A DNA stretch of 64,000 bases from the human T2T-CHM13v2.0 reference genome, Homo sapiens, in NCBI RefSeq assembly GCF_009914755.1, contig NC_060929.1. One strand, 5' to 3'. Position 1 is the first letter of the stretch. The number at the start of each line of letters is the position of its first letter. Shown here piece by piece: positions 27,706 through 41,695 of this stretch. A program made the position numbers and the translations under genes. Below the pieces are notes generated by a model. That model was not told where the DNA came from. It saw nothing but the letters and a program-made list of their open reading frames with translations, and did not search any database.

Positions 27706-27996
27706 GTTTGTTTGTTTGTTTGAGACGGAGTCTTGCTCTGTCACCCAGGCTGGAGTGCAGTGGCAGGATCTCGGCTCACTGCAAGATCCGCTCCCGGATG
27801 CACGTTATTCTCCTGCCTCAGCCTCCTGAGTAGCTGGGACTACAGGTGCCCGCCACCAGGCCCAGCTAACTTTTCATGTTTTTAGTAGAGACAGGGTTTC
27901 ATCGTGTTAGCCAGGATGGTCTTGATCTCCTGACCTCAAGATCCGCCCACCTCAGCTTCCCAAAGTGCTGGGTGGCTTGAGCCACTGCGCCCAGTC
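27706..27996 (-). mobile_element. AluY with a (TTTG)n tail
   Basis: Y diagnostics 'gtgttagccaggatggt', 'gcaag.tccgc'; TSD ataaa(c/t)ggattttt. Confidence 0.93.
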
Positions 27997-29943
27997 ATAA
28001 ATGGATTTTTTTAAAGACCCAACTATATTCTGTGTATAAGAAAATCACTTCGCCTATAAAGACACAGATAGAATGAAAGTAAGGAATGGAAAATGATATA
28101 TCATGCAGGTGGAAACCAGAAAAGAGTAGGAGTAGCTATATATATACTTATATCAGATAAAATAGACTTTTAAGGAAACAACAGTTAAAAAAAAATCTTT
28201 CTTTTAGAAATAAGCAAGCAAAGAAAAAAAGGCAAAGAAGGCCATTATATGATAAAGGGGTCAATAGAGCAAGAGGATATAACAAATGTAAACACGTATG
28301 ATCCCATCATACACTCAGAGCACTCAAATATTTATTTTTTAAAACACTAATAGACCTAGAGGGAGATATTGACTGAAACACAGTAACAGTAGGAGAGTTC
28401 AACACTCCACGTTCAGCAATGGTCAGATTATATAGACAGAAAAGCAACAAAGAAACATAAGAGTTAAACTGTACTCTAGACCAAATAGCCTTAACAGATA
28501 TTTACAGAATGTTTCATCTTACTCCTGCAGAATGCACATTTTCCTCAACAGTACGTGGAACATTCCCCAGGATAGATCATATGTTAGGTGACAAAGCAAG
28601 GCTTAAAGAATTTTTTAAAATCAAAATTATGTCAACTATCTTCTCCAACTACATGGAATAAAACTAGAAATCAATAACAGAAGACATATTGAAAAATGTA
28701 CAAATCTGTGAAAATTACACAACATGCTCCTGAATAATGAATATATCAATGAATAAATTTTATAAATGAAAATGGAAACACAATATACCAAAACCTATGA
28801 CATACAGCAAAAGCATTTCTAAAAGGAAAGTTTAGAGCAGTAAATACCTACACCAAAAAAGTAGAAAGACTTCAAATAATCTAATGATGCACCTCAAGGA
28901 TCTAGAAAAGCAAGAAAAAAACCCCAAAATTTGTAGAAGAAAAGAAATAATACAGATCAGAGTGGAAATAAATAAAATTGAGACCAAAAAAACACAAAAG
29001 ACCAACAAAAGAAAAAGTTGGTTTTGTGACAAGATAAACAAAATCCACAAACCTTTAGGTAGACAAACTAAAAATAAATAAATAAATAAAAATAAAAGAC
29101 GTCTCAAATAAAATTACAGACAAAAAGAGGAGACTCTATAACTGATACCACAAAAATACAAATGACCATTAGGGATAATTATGAGTAACTGTATGCCACC
29201 AAAGTGGAAAACCTAGAAGAAACAGATAAATTCCTGGACACATACAACCTACCAAGATTTACTCATGAAGAAATACCTGAACAAAATAATAAGTATTGAG
29301 ATTGAAACAGTAATAAAAAGCTCCAATCAAAGAAACGCCCAGGATCTGACAGCATCACTACTGAATTCTACCAAACATTTAAAGAATTAATACCAATTCT
29401 ACTCAAACTTTTTCAAAAACTTGAAGAAGGGAATACTTCCAAACTCATTCTACCAGGCAAGCATTACCCTGGTACCAAAACCAGACAAGGACACAACAAC
29501 AAAAAAAAAACTACAGGCCAATGTTCCTAATGAACACAGATGCAAACATCCTCAACCAAAATACTAGCAAACTAAAATCATTAATACATTAGAAAGATCA
29601 TTCACCGTGATCAAATGGATTCATCCCAGGGATGCAAGGATGGTTCAACATATACAGTTCAATCAATGAGATACATCCCATTAACAAAATTAAGGACAAA
29701 AGTCAACTGATCATTTCAACAGATGCTAAAAAGTATTCAATAAAATTTAATATCCCTTCCTAGTAAAAACTCTCAACAAACTGGATATAGAGGGAATACA
29801 CCTCAAAACAATAAAGTCCATGTATACCTCCTAATGCTATAGTCTGCTGGAGTGGAGGCAGATGTTTGTAGTAAAGGTTGCAGGCCACAATTGGTCTGAG
29901 GCAAGGCAAGAAAAAGGCAAGTGGAAGCTTTAAAATCCTTTCT

Positions 29944-31951
29944 TGGTATTCAATTAGGAAAAGAGGAAGTCAAATTGTCCCTGTTTGCAGATGACATGAT
30001 TGTATATTTAGAAAACCCCATGGTCTCAGCCCAAAATCTCCTTAAGCTGATAAGCAACTTCAGCAAAGTCTCAGGAGACAAAATCAATGTGCAAAAATCA
30101 CAAGCATTCCTATACACCAACAACAGGCAAACAGAGAGCCAAATCATGAGTGAACTCCCATTCACACTTGCTACAAAGAGAATAAAATACCTAGGAATCC
30201 AATCTACAAGGGAAGTGAAGGACCTCTTCAAGGAGAACTACAAACCACTACTCAATGAAATAAAAGAGGATACCAAAAAAATGGAAGAACATTCCATGCT
30301 CATGGATAGGAAGAATCAATATTGTGAAAATGGCCATACTGCCCAAGGTAATGTACAGATTCAATGCCATCCCCATCAAGCTACCAATGACTTTCTTCAC
30401 AGAATTGGAAAAAACTACTTTAAAGTTCACATGGAACCAAAAAAGAGCCCACATTGCCAAGACAATCCTAAGCCAAAAGAATAAAGCTGGAGGCATCACG
30501 CTACCTGACTTCATACTATACTACAAGGCTACATTAACCAAAACAGCATGGTACTAGTACCAAAACAGAGACATAGACCAATGGAACAGAATAGAGCCTT
30601 TGGAAATAATACTACACATCTACAACTATCTAATCTTTGACAAACCTAACAAAAACAAGAAATGGGAAAAGGATTCCCTATTTAATAAATGGTGCTGGGA
30701 AAACTGGCCAGCCATATGTAGAAAGCTGAAACTGGATCCCTTCCTTACATCTTATACAAAAATTAATTCAAGATGGATTAAAGACTTACATGTTAGACCT
30801 AAAACCATAAAAATCCTAGAAGAAAACCTAGACAATACCATTCAGGACATAGGCATGGGCAAGAACTTCATGACTAAAACACCAAAAGCAATGGCAACAA
30901 AAGCCAAAATTGACAAATGGGATCTAATTAAACTAAAGAGCTTCTGCAGAGCAAAAGAGACTACCATCAGAGTGAACAGGAAACCTACAGAATGGGAGAA
31001 AATTTTTAGAATCTACTCATCTGACAAATGGCTAATATTCAGAATCTGCAAAGAACTGAAACAAATTTACATGAAAAAATCAAACAACCCCATCAAAAAG
31101 TGGGCAAAGGATATGAACAGGCACTTCTCAAAAGAAGACATTTATGCAGCCAACAGACATGAAAAAATGCTCATCATCACTGGCCATCAGAGAAATGCAA
31201 ATCAAAACCACAATGAGATACCATCTCACACCAGTTAGAATGGCAATCATTAAAAAGTCAGGAAACTAGGTGCTGGAGAGGATATGGAGAAATAGGAACA
31301 CCACTTTTACACTGTTGGTGGGACTGTAAACTAGTTCAACCACTGTGGAAGACAGTGTGGCAATTCCTCAAGGATCTACAACTAGAAATAACCATTTAAC
31401 CCAGCCATCCCACTACTGGACATATACCCAAAGGATTATAAATCATGCTGCTATAAAGACACATGCACACGTATGTTTATTGTGGTACTATTCACAATAG
31501 CAAAGACTTGGAACCAAGCCAAATGTCCAACAATGATAGACTGGATTAAGAAAATGTGGCACATATACACCATGGAATACTATGCAGCCATAAAGAAGGA
31601 TGAGTTCATGTCCTTTGTAGGGACATGGATGAAGCTGGAAACCATCATTTTCAGCAAACTATCGCAAGGACAAAAAACCAAACACCACATGTTCTCACTC
31701 ATAGGTGGGAATTGAACAATGAGAACACCTGGACACAGGAAGGGGAACATCACACACCGGTGCCTGTTGTGGGGTGGGGGGAAGGGGGAGGGGTACCATT
31801 AGGAGATATACCTAATGTAAATGACGAGTTAACAGGTACAGCACACCAATATGGCATATGTATACATATGTAACAAACCTGCACATTGTGCACATGTACC
31901 CTAGAACTTAAAGTATAATAAAAAATAAATAAATAAATAAATAAATAAAAA
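29944..31951 (+). mobile_element. 5'-truncated L1PA (approx. L1PA4-6) with an (AAAT)n tail
   Basis: ORF2p fragments with LFADDMIVY, broken by a frameshift and a stop; TSD taaaa(t/c)cctttct at 29931-29943 and 31952-31964. Confidence 0.96.
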
Positions 31952-31964
31952 TAAAACCCTTTCT

Positions 31965-32143
31965 CTGCTCAAACTTTAGCATGTATGAGAATCACTTGGA
32001 AAGCTTGTTTAAACACAGATTATTGGGCCCTACCCTGAGTTTCTTATTCAGTATGTCTGGGATAAGCCAATAGTTTACAGTTCCAGTAAGATCCCAGGTG
32101 ATGCTGATGCTCCTGATCTGAGGACATCATTGGAGATCCACTG
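31965..32143. mobile_element. MER5A (hAT-Charlie MITE)
   Basis: 'ctcaaactttagc...gaatcacttgg...tcccaggtgatgctgatgct...ccactg'. Confidence 0.85.
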
Positions 32144-35004
32144 TTGTTCCCTCATTCTCTCATTTACCACTTCTGCCTTGTTGTGCCCCAGGCTACTACA
32201 AACCAACTATCCTGTGCAAACCAGTTCACAGACAGTCTTCTGTCTTCCAGGAGATTTCTCCCTTGTTAGTTTCATGAATCCATAGTTTCCTTTTGCTTCT
32301 ATAATTTCTCCAAAGTTTATGTTGAGGCATAGAGCCTGCAATTCGTGTTATTTCACCATCTTGGCAAAACCAGAATCCATACCTCTTTAACTGCCTCCTG
32401 CCTCCTTGGTTTAATATTTACCCAAAACCTTGGTAATGAGTCACAGGTTTTTCCATATTAAAATGAAATAATATAGAAAAACCTTGTTAAATTGACTATT
32501 CTTGTTCTATTAGGTAACAACATAAAGTACACCAATACTGCGAAGTTGTCAACTAAAATCATGTCCAATAATATTTGCCTCTATTTCACTGAGTTCCCTC
32601 TGGAAAACCCATTAAAATAAAAGGCCAGCTTGATGTAGAAGGAAGTGGTAAAAGATTGTGAAAAGAAAGCAGGGAAAAGTTTCTAAAAATCAGGGGTTGT
32701 GATCCCAAAGCTATAGTTATATGAATTCTAGACCAAGATTTTTCAAATTGTTCAGTTTTCCTTACTTTGGAAATAAAAGTCTTCAGAATCTTGATTATTC
32801 AGCAAGATTTTAATTATATATGTAGAGTTTTTAATCTATTGCCATTTATATAAATAACATGTATAATAACTTGTAATAAAATAAAATAATAGTTTATGGC
32901 CGATGACTCATCATAAGGAGGGAAATAAAACATTTTTAAATAAAAGAAAAAAGGAATAATAGAAGAAAGAAAAAAATATTTATTAAGTACACTCTACAGT
33001 GAGATTGAGATTTTTTTCAAAGGCAAATTATTCCTCTTTACCTGAATCACAAAAAACAATTATACACTTTTTGTCTGTAAGTGCCTATATTTATACTCTT
33101 TGCTTTCAGATGGGGTCCTTTAATTGCCCTAAGCACATCTGCAATAGGATGAAGGCAAACTTGTGGATTTGTACTTAAAATAAGAGAAACTAAAGTAAGA
33201 AGTTGTTTTAAACTACGAGAAGAAATAAAGCATACACTCATATGGTATACTTGCAATTACTGATGCAATTTTCCTCTTCTAACCTCTCTCTTCCTACCCC
33301 ACTATTCCAACATACTGAGGAAGAGAGCACACTCTGATAAAGCCGTGCCCTAGCCAATGTAAAAGATGTGAAATCAACAATGAGGCTTTTACTCTTCAAA
33401 TTAGGAATAGGTGGGGATAATTTCACAGCTCCTCAGAGGCAGCTCTCAGGAGAACCACAAACACAGAACTCAGTGCCTGAGCCTTGCTGCCTCCAAAGGA
33501 AGCCAAGACCCTGTTCTCCCTGAAGAATAGCTATGAAAGATGAGTGCAAAATCACAGTGCTTTAGACTATTTAACAATTTCCTGGTAGCAGAAAATAATT
33601 CATAGGCATCTGTAGAGTAACATGAGGTATAACGATTCAATTGCATTTTGATTATGAAGAAATCTACTATGCTGGAATCTGCAGAAATATGAGTCAGTAC
33701 GTATTGTTTTTGCAGTATTGTTGGCGCTCATAGTTCCTAAGGGAGAGCATTGTTTAAGCTACTCCTTTGCTCATCATGTAAATTATTTCACCTCAGTAGT
33801 TCAAGAAAAATGCTAAATTGCTAATTCCTTGATGCAGTTTCAGTAAAAGTTGAATCGTCCCCCTCTGGTTTTGACTGTGATGAAAGTTTTGTTATATACG
33901 TCAGAATTGTTTGTCAAGATGTTTCATTGATCAGGAAATGCCTTTGTCTATCCAAAAAGCCTAATGAAAGAGTCTCACAGTGAGCAGCTCTCCTTTTGAC
34001 AGCATGAGTTTTTACTAGGTATATGGATGCAATCCTCAGCCACAATAGAAAAAAAGACAACTTTAGGAGTGCAGTGAAGTTTGGAAAGCATAAGGATGCC
34101 AGAGGAAATCAATGGTATATGTCACTTGCTTCACAACTTTCTATACTCGCCTTCAAATTACAGGGTTCTGTGTCCTTGGAAAGCAGAATTCTTTGTGGAC
34201 TCATTTCAGAGTTTTCTCTGAATATGAATGCTCCAGTTCCCTATACTGTCACCAAGAGAGATTGACTAGGATGAACCTTCACCTGTATAGTTTGTAAAAA
34301 CAACAACAAAAATCTCTTCAATATTAACATATACACCAAATAGTACAATGCCTGCACTTAAGATACTACCATTCATTAATCTACAATGTTCTTAATGCTC
34401 ATGAACAATTTGGAACACAAATAACCTGCCCATTGAGAGAGCAACTGTATATTTTTTTTTCCCAAGGCAGAACATCTGTGAGTAAGGGGGTTAGAATTGG
34501 TCCAGAACCTACTCCTCTGCTCCTTTCTGCTGGATAGTCGAAAAGAAGCTGTCTGAAGAAAACCCAGAGAAAAACAATAACAATAGTGATATTCCCTCTG
34601 GGCAACACAATCGCATGTTAGTGGAGGATTTCTGAATACACAGTACCTTAATACAAAAGAATTAGAAGTCTTGTGAGAAATCAGTGGGGAAGATAATTTG
34701 TGGGTGGGAACAGAGAGTAGAGAGTTGAATTTAGGAGTCGAGGTTGTGCCAGTGGAATGATTGGGGTTATCATCCCACAAAAACCAATGACATACTTGAG
34801 CTAGTTCCTTCCGTTCTCTGAGAATTATGTTCCTTGTCTATGGAATGAGGACTGACAAAATTTTCTTTAAGATTTATTGAAGTTTGAATATGGTATGTAA
34901 GGAATCTTCTTTTTAAAAACACAACAAAAGATCACTGCAATCACACAGGTTGCCATTTTCTTTCCTACCTTGGTTTTAGGTTATACAGTTGAGGCAACAT
35001 TTTC

Positions 35005-35220
35005 GTTAAGAAATCAGACCTCAGAATATGGCCCACCTGTGTTTGAATACTGGTACTTCCACCTACCGGCTGCGTGATCCAGGGAAAGTTGTCTAACAGG
35101 TCTAAGCCTCAGTTTCCCCACCTTAAAAATAGAGAGGGCAAGAACTGGCATTGTTGTGAACATTAAATGTTAATCATGTGGTGACCTGCAAAGTACCATG
35201 AACATGTGGATATTCATACA
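35005..35220 (+). mobile_element. MIR
   Basis: 'tgtgtttgaatactgg...tctaagcctcagtttcc...ttgttgtgaacattaaatg'. Confidence 0.75.
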
Positions 35221-37289
35221 GAACATTCCACAAAATCATTGTTTTTTTATCACTACATTTTGCTCTTAGGAATGCTTTTACTCTTAAAGGGGACCAAAGA
35301 CATTAGCCCAGTCATTTTTACCTTCGGCTTATGCAACAATCCATCCTTTTAAATCTTTTCAGAAGCCTGTAAAATTACCCATTTCAATTTATGTGATTGT
35401 TAGTTATAATTACCGATTGTGTCCCATAACCTTTCTCTCCTACCATTGCTTTAGATCTTCATTTCTATCACCTTCACATTTACATTTAAATAAACATAGA
35501 GAATCCTATTGACTCTGCCCATTTTGGTGAAACTAGAGAGATCTTTGCTTTTTCAGGCATTCTCCATTTTAAAAATAACTATTATTCAGCAAGCTTTTAA
35601 TCACTTATTTTCAGGTTTCCAAGATTCTTCATATGCTGCCTAATTTTTCAAAAATTTGAAAAAGAGAAGAAACATTTCTGTAAAAAATAGTTCTTTCACG
35701 TAAAAAGAGTAGAAGAAAAATGTCAGAGATAAGGGGAGGGAAAGAATGAAAAGTCTGTGAGCAAGATGTCTGTCTCGTATGTTTGTGAGTCAGAGGAAGA
35801 ATTGGGAAAAAAAAAAACCTATGGGGACAGAGAAGGAAACAGATTGGGAGACTAATTTAAAGCAGAATCAACTAAAAGGAAGTTGAAGATTTGAAAAAAT
35901 AAGACAGCAGCATCAAGAAGAGAAAGTCTGTTGAAAAGAGAAGCAATAAGAAAAACTTGTAGCAATTCATGTATATGACAAATTCAACCCACGTTTAAAT
36001 AAAAATGCAAAGATTTCAAAAACACCAAAGAAGGATTTAATGAAAGGTTCTCATCACCCACAAATAATAAAGATTTTTTCCCTAACCTTTATTTTATTTA
36101 TTTATGTTTTTGGACAAAGTGCATTTACTCTCAAATTTCTAAGCCTTATGTTGCTCTCTTGTACCATTTTCTCATTCATTTTACAATTATTCTTAAGGCC
36201 AAATAAGTTTTGACATGCAAATTTATGTTCTGTTCTTAAGTATGTTTCCCTCTTCCATCCCAAGAAGGTAGTTGGACTGCCATTCAAATTATCTATAAAA
36301 ATTATCTAAAGTAGTACACTGAGAAAATATGCTTAGGCTTCTGGGTCTATGTATGTGATATCCTAGACGCCCCCCCAGATGTCATACTCACTGAAAGAAA
36401 TTAAAGTTCTAGAAAGTAAATATTAATGCATATCAGTTCTTCCCTCAGCTGGCAAGAAACTAATCAATAATCAGAAGCCAAAAAATAAAGTGAAAGAACA
36501 TTGCATAGGGATAGGTAAGTGTTCACCAACCCACCTGACTTTCACCTGGAGGCATCTGCTGAGCCTGGTGTCCCTGAGTATCTGTTCTGATGTTATGACA
36601 GGAACAGTGAGCCAAAGATTAATCCTAGCTCCTACAAGATGCAGAATCGAACAGAAGACTCCATATGCAGTTGGCACTCCAGAAGGCTATATCCCCAGTG
36701 CAAGGGTGAACTGGATATAAAAGCACATCAGAGAGGAAATCTGTTTGTCTTGATGGACAGAAAGAACAAAAAGAAATCCCCCTTGATAAAGAGAACAGAA
36801 TCACTGAGCCTCCAAAAGGTTTATAACTCAAGTGCTAAAGGGACTATTAGTAACAAAATAATATATTGGCTGTTATTTTTTAATATCCATTATCTTGACA
36901 AAATAAAGGAACCTATGTCCAGATTGTAGCAAAGAGAGGAATACTGAAAGAAAATGTATTTCTTTTATTGAACTTGGAAGAGACTGAATTCAGCAGCAGT
37001 ATTCCTGTGTGGACAGAACAAAAGGATACAGACAAGAAATGTCCACTTTTGGGGCACCGAAAGGAATTTAATTAATAGCCTCACAAAGACAGAGATTGCA
37101 GGTAATTACTCAAGGCCCAACAGACACAGGGATCACTGAAGGAGTCCATGTAATTATTGAAGGAAAAAAAAATGTCCTTTCATGTTCTCTTTGCAGGATG
37201 CATGGCACCTGAGCACCATAGAGTCCTCATTCTCTCCTATTCTAACTACCCTAACTCTGATTTAAATAGCATCTCTGAAGTATCTACTC

Positions 37290-37640
37290 TGAAGCCAGCA
37301 CTGAGATAAGCAAAGGTAACACAGAAATGAATGAGATATGCTCTGAACCCAGGAGGAGTATAGTCTGGGAGGAGAATGAATGAAGACTGATGCATTAGTT
37401 AAGTAACAGAAAAAATGATATGCAACAGATGTCTAGAATGGCAAAGTATGGTGGGAAAACAGGAGGCAGAAAATTAGCTTTGATGGAGACAGACAGTAGT
37501 TGTTTCTCAGCTGAATCAGAGGAAGGGGGCCCGAAGAAAAGGAGTAGAAGAGCTTATTTAGTGAGTAAGAATAAAAGAATGGTATTCCAGGAAGGAGTCA
37601 TGGCATGGGAACAGGAACAAAGACGTGAAAGGACTTTGTG
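37290..37640 (-). mobile_element. L2 fragment
   Basis: 'gccagcactgagataagc...aaatgaatgagata...agtctggg' pattern. Confidence 0.5.
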
Positions 37641-38064
37641 TGTTTACGTAAAGATAAAATGTGCTATAGGGTAAATCATCAGCCAAGTAGCAGCAGGAGC
37701 AGCTAGTTTCCCATGCAAGAAGCTGCCGGGCCAGGGGAAGTGGACTCCTCTGGTCAAGTTCTCCTCCACAGCAAGGAGAAAGATGAACCATTGCTGACTT
37801 AGGTATAGCAGTGAATCCCTGGGTATTTCTAGATACATTCGCCTGGGAAAACGCTATTAGCTACTAATTTGGGAAACATATGGAGTGGTAATTGGGGTTT
37901 GTGATGTGGGAGTACTGAGAAATTCACTTGCTGATAACACAAACACAGAGAGGACACAGGTGATGTCAGACTTATTATAGAAGGTTTTAAATTTGCATAT
38001 GTATATAAAATGAGTTCTTTTACATCCCAAGAATCTATTAGAGGCCACAAAATGAAGACATGAT

Positions 38065-38185
38065 GCATTCACTCATTTATCCAGAATTTTTAATCACTTA
38101 CTGTGTATCAATTATAAGTCTAGTGCTGAAGGCATAGCAGTGAGGACAAGATCAATGCTCACATGGCATCCAATTCTACTAGAAT
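38065..38185 (-). mobile_element. L2 3' end
   Basis: 'cattcactcattt...tcacttactgtgt...ctagtgctg...cagtga'. Confidence 0.6.
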
Positions 38186-38396
38186 CATCAAAAATTGATG
38201 AGTCTTGATGTAATTAGCTGCAGCAATTAAACAGATATGGTTCAAATGACATTGCAAACATGATGTGCATCAAGATAACCTGGATAGTTTTTTTTTAACA
38301 GAGCCTAGCTCCAGTCACTATCCATCTTGTGCTTTTTAAGAAGTTTCTCCGGGGAACTTTGATATGTAGTCAGGTTCAAGAAACAGTCACATAGAT

Positions 38397-38656
38397 CATT
38401 GCTTCTCAAACCATCTGTGGTGAAAGTCCAAGGTGTTTTTTTTTCATGTTTGTCTTTTTTTAATTTCTGATCTATAGTAGACCAATATATTATAAAATAC
38501 AATAAGAAGTTATGAGAGATTCTGCTTGGATATCTCAGTAAAGTCAAATTGCTCCAAAAGTTCCTAATTGTTTACCCTCAATTCCTGTACCTCCCTAATT
38601 GTGGTGGGCAGGTATCAGTTTGCATAGCAGCTCCAGAACATTTTGAGTAGTACTGG
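38397..38656. mobile_element. MER112-like hAT MITE, preceded by a MER5B-like piece at ~38320-38390
   Basis: 'gcttctcaaaccatctgtggtgaa' ... 'tttgagtagtactg' form terminal inverted repeats. Confidence 0.7.
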
Positions 38657-41509
38657 TCTAAATTACAAGTGGTTTTGAAATTCATAAAGGAACGTCAATG
38701 TTGTTTTGTGACCCAGGAAGACAGCACAAAGAAGGTAGAGGTAAGAGGGAGAAAAACCACTCAAGGAAGAATAGCATTCACAAAGACACAGAGAAAACCC
38801 TACTTCTTAGGGTAGTTGTCATCAACTATGCAGTAAATGTTTGTGTATGGTATTATCTTAGCAACTATAGAAATTAAACAAGTGAATCCTCATTTCTGAG
38901 AGACTGGTTGTCTAAGTCAGTGAAACAACTAAACACAGCTCATGTTGGTACAAAGTAATTTTTATATTTACAAAATATTACAGACATGTACCCATATATA
39001 CATTCAGATATGCATATCTTTAATATTTTATATTTTATATAGATGAAGAGAACACATATATTATACATACCTGTGTACACACATACATGTTCACTTGTGT
39101 GTCTTTTCCAGTGTATTGTATCCAGGACTAATTACTATTGATTTTACACAACCATTCCAATACCCTCTTCTACAGGATTCTTTGTAGACAGTAAGGAGTG
39201 AGATATAGGAAAGGTAGTTTAGAAGTGGTCTATAGTAAACCTTTATTTGTTTATTTGTTTTAGCATAGTGATTTATCTTACCTAAAGGGATGTTCACCTC
39301 AAAAAAATCCCTTTGTAAGTCATTTGGCATTGTATAAACATCTCAGTGGCCCATGCCATAAAACAACACATCAAGGATGTATTTTATTACTTCATTCAGC
39401 AAGCAGCTTAAATATTAATTCTGTTTACTGTAGGAACTTAAAAAAACAATTCAGCTGCAGCCAAAGGTCACAGTAAGAGGCAGTGAGATGTCAACTGAGG
39501 GACTCACTGCTGTCTCTACTCCCCATCCCAAACTCTCCTCATTTATCCTGAAAAATGGGCAACCCGAAATGTAAATGCAGATGTAGTGTTCTTCCTATAG
39601 GTCACCTGATGACATCCCCAAAACTACCTTGTTGTAAATTTAGAATTTCTACTGATTAAAGTCAAACCCCATAGAGAATACTCCAAATAGGGAAAATTTA
39701 GATAAGAAAGATTAGTTTAACTCTTCTAGGAAGTAAAATTTTTATTCCTTTTTTTAGATTTCATTTACCCTATTTTGTGAATGAAAGGCAAAAATTCTTC
39801 CATGTCAATAAAAAAATGATTTGAATCTAAATTCTCTGATACTGCAATAGATATGCAACAATCTCTTAAATATTTTCCTCTTGGTTATAGAAAGATGTTC
39901 ATTTCAAAATCTTCAAATGTGTTACTTTTATCTGTAAACAATTTATATCATAGTATTCAAACAGGGTTTAGCATTCTTAGAATTACATAACAGAAAACAG
40001 TGCTATGCAACTTCAATGATAATATTTTAGATGCCCTTATGGGGAATTTGTGAATAGTTAAGTGGGAGGTCTATATTTCTTACAGAAGTAAAGGAGGTCT
40101 GGAGAAGAAAATAATTAGCAATAATACAAGCACTGTTTGTCGGATATGGAGACAAAAGCATGACAGAGAGATTCACTCAGTTTGCAAAATCAAGGAAAAC
40201 AGGCAGGAAATGCTTCACTACCTGTCTGTTTCTTTCTGTGTGAAAGTAGTGAGAAAATGTATTTTTTTCTGAAAGATTATTTTAAAAACCTGAAGTGTCA
40301 CTTGTAGCAAGTTTCCAGCTGAGGTAGATGGTCTTATCTGTCTTTTACTAAATTAGGAAGCAGTGATTTTTTTTTCATAAGCCTTTTCTCATATGTAACA
40401 GCTAAACTTAAACCTTTGTTAAGCAAAAGTTAAGGAAGCTTCTTGACTTTATTATATTGTTTTGTTCTACTCCTGCATTGCTTCATTGCTTTGAGAAGAC
40501 TGAATTTTCATTCATTCTTTTACCATTATAAGTGTCTCATGGGTAGAGATTCGTTTCTGAAAGCCATAAAAAATTCATCCGATTCATAATGGAAGAACTG
40601 GTTGTGAATTACATTACCAGAGCTGTTCTTGATATGACTGTCCATTAAAATAAAACAGAATAGTTAAGAAACTCCCATTAAATCATAAAATAAATTTTTA
40701 AAGTTACCAATCTGAAGGACTGACTTTATTACTGTGTCAATCGATATGCCTAAGCAATAGGTCTATTCTTCTAAATCCTGAATAAATAACCCATTATAAA
40801 ATTGTGATAAAATGGGTTTCAGCCACAAAGAGTAGCCACTAAGTAATACCCAAAACCAATTGAATGCATGAAAGGTTTAAATTTAAAAATTTAAGAACAC
40901 TGAACAAAACATTTTATACTTTCTTCTACAAAATAAGCTGAAAAGTCGTCTCTAAAGTCTCCACACATCATGTCACAAACCATAGTATTATTACAGATAA
41001 AAATGGCAATAGAAGGATCCTTCAAACATCCAACAAATTAAAAATTATTTTTACTTTGTTCTGAATGGAATCTTAGATATGGAGCTTTATTTACACTGAA
41101 TCCTAAGGAAGCTTCCAAAGGAACTGACCATAGAAGCTCCAAATTTCTACCTGAGAAGGGTTTAGTGGTCAATATGTGGTTGGAAGAGGTCTTTGAAGTT
41201 GAGCTTGCAAAGTACTCTACATAAGATCAAGAGTTCATGACTTGTCCACATCAAAGGGGAGGGAATGAATGATGGAGGGGAGAGGAGTCAGAAAAATAGA
41301 GGTGATACAGAAGGAAACTGAAAACAAAGCAGGAAAGGGAGCAGTAACAGTCTCCACACATTCCCGCTTTGGTTCCACACAAATTATGTGGAGATATACT
41401 TTCAGCATTAATCATTAAGGAGAAACTGGTCTAGTTAACCTTATTAAACTCCTTAGTAAACCTCTTAAAAATAACTGCCTCCCACCTGCAAAGAAGAAAT
41501 CATCAGACC

Positions 41510-41695
41510 CAGTGGACCTGTCCTGGACTTGAATTCTGTTTCTCCACTGATTAATTGCACGACTTGGAGCAAGTTTTTTAGTCTCTCTCAGATTTTTTTC
41601 TTCATCTTTAATTGGAGATATTAATGATCAGCCCCTAGAATGCTGCCTGGAACATAATAAGCACTCAATAAATTAATGGATGATGGAATGAATGC
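41510..41695 (+). mobile_element. MIR fragment followed by an L2 3' end
   Basis: 'cttgaattctg...gacttggagcaagt...catcttta'; 'gcctggaacataataagcactcaataaa'. Confidence 0.7.

Larger units (their letters stand above)
24961..29826 (+). mobile_element. Old 5'-complete L1 (L1MA/L1M-type): 5'UTR, degenerate ORF1 (~26205-27200), ORF2 (~27612-29826), 3' end missing
   Basis: Starts 'gtcagcaagatg'; ORF1/ORF2 motifs in order; ORF 28884-29081 is ORF2p-like (LKDLEKQEK..PK..RRKEII). Confidence 0.9.

Noticed and set aside
29921-31238. ORFs of 187, 77 and 212 aa with RT similarity as a functional gene
   Set aside because: They are fragments of a 5'-truncated L1PA ORF2 broken by a frameshift and a stop; the first start codon lies in flanking DNA
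34376-36929. ORFs of 60-134 aa in the repeat-poor region
   Set aside because: No recognisable domains, many use non-ATG starts, and lengths are within random expectation
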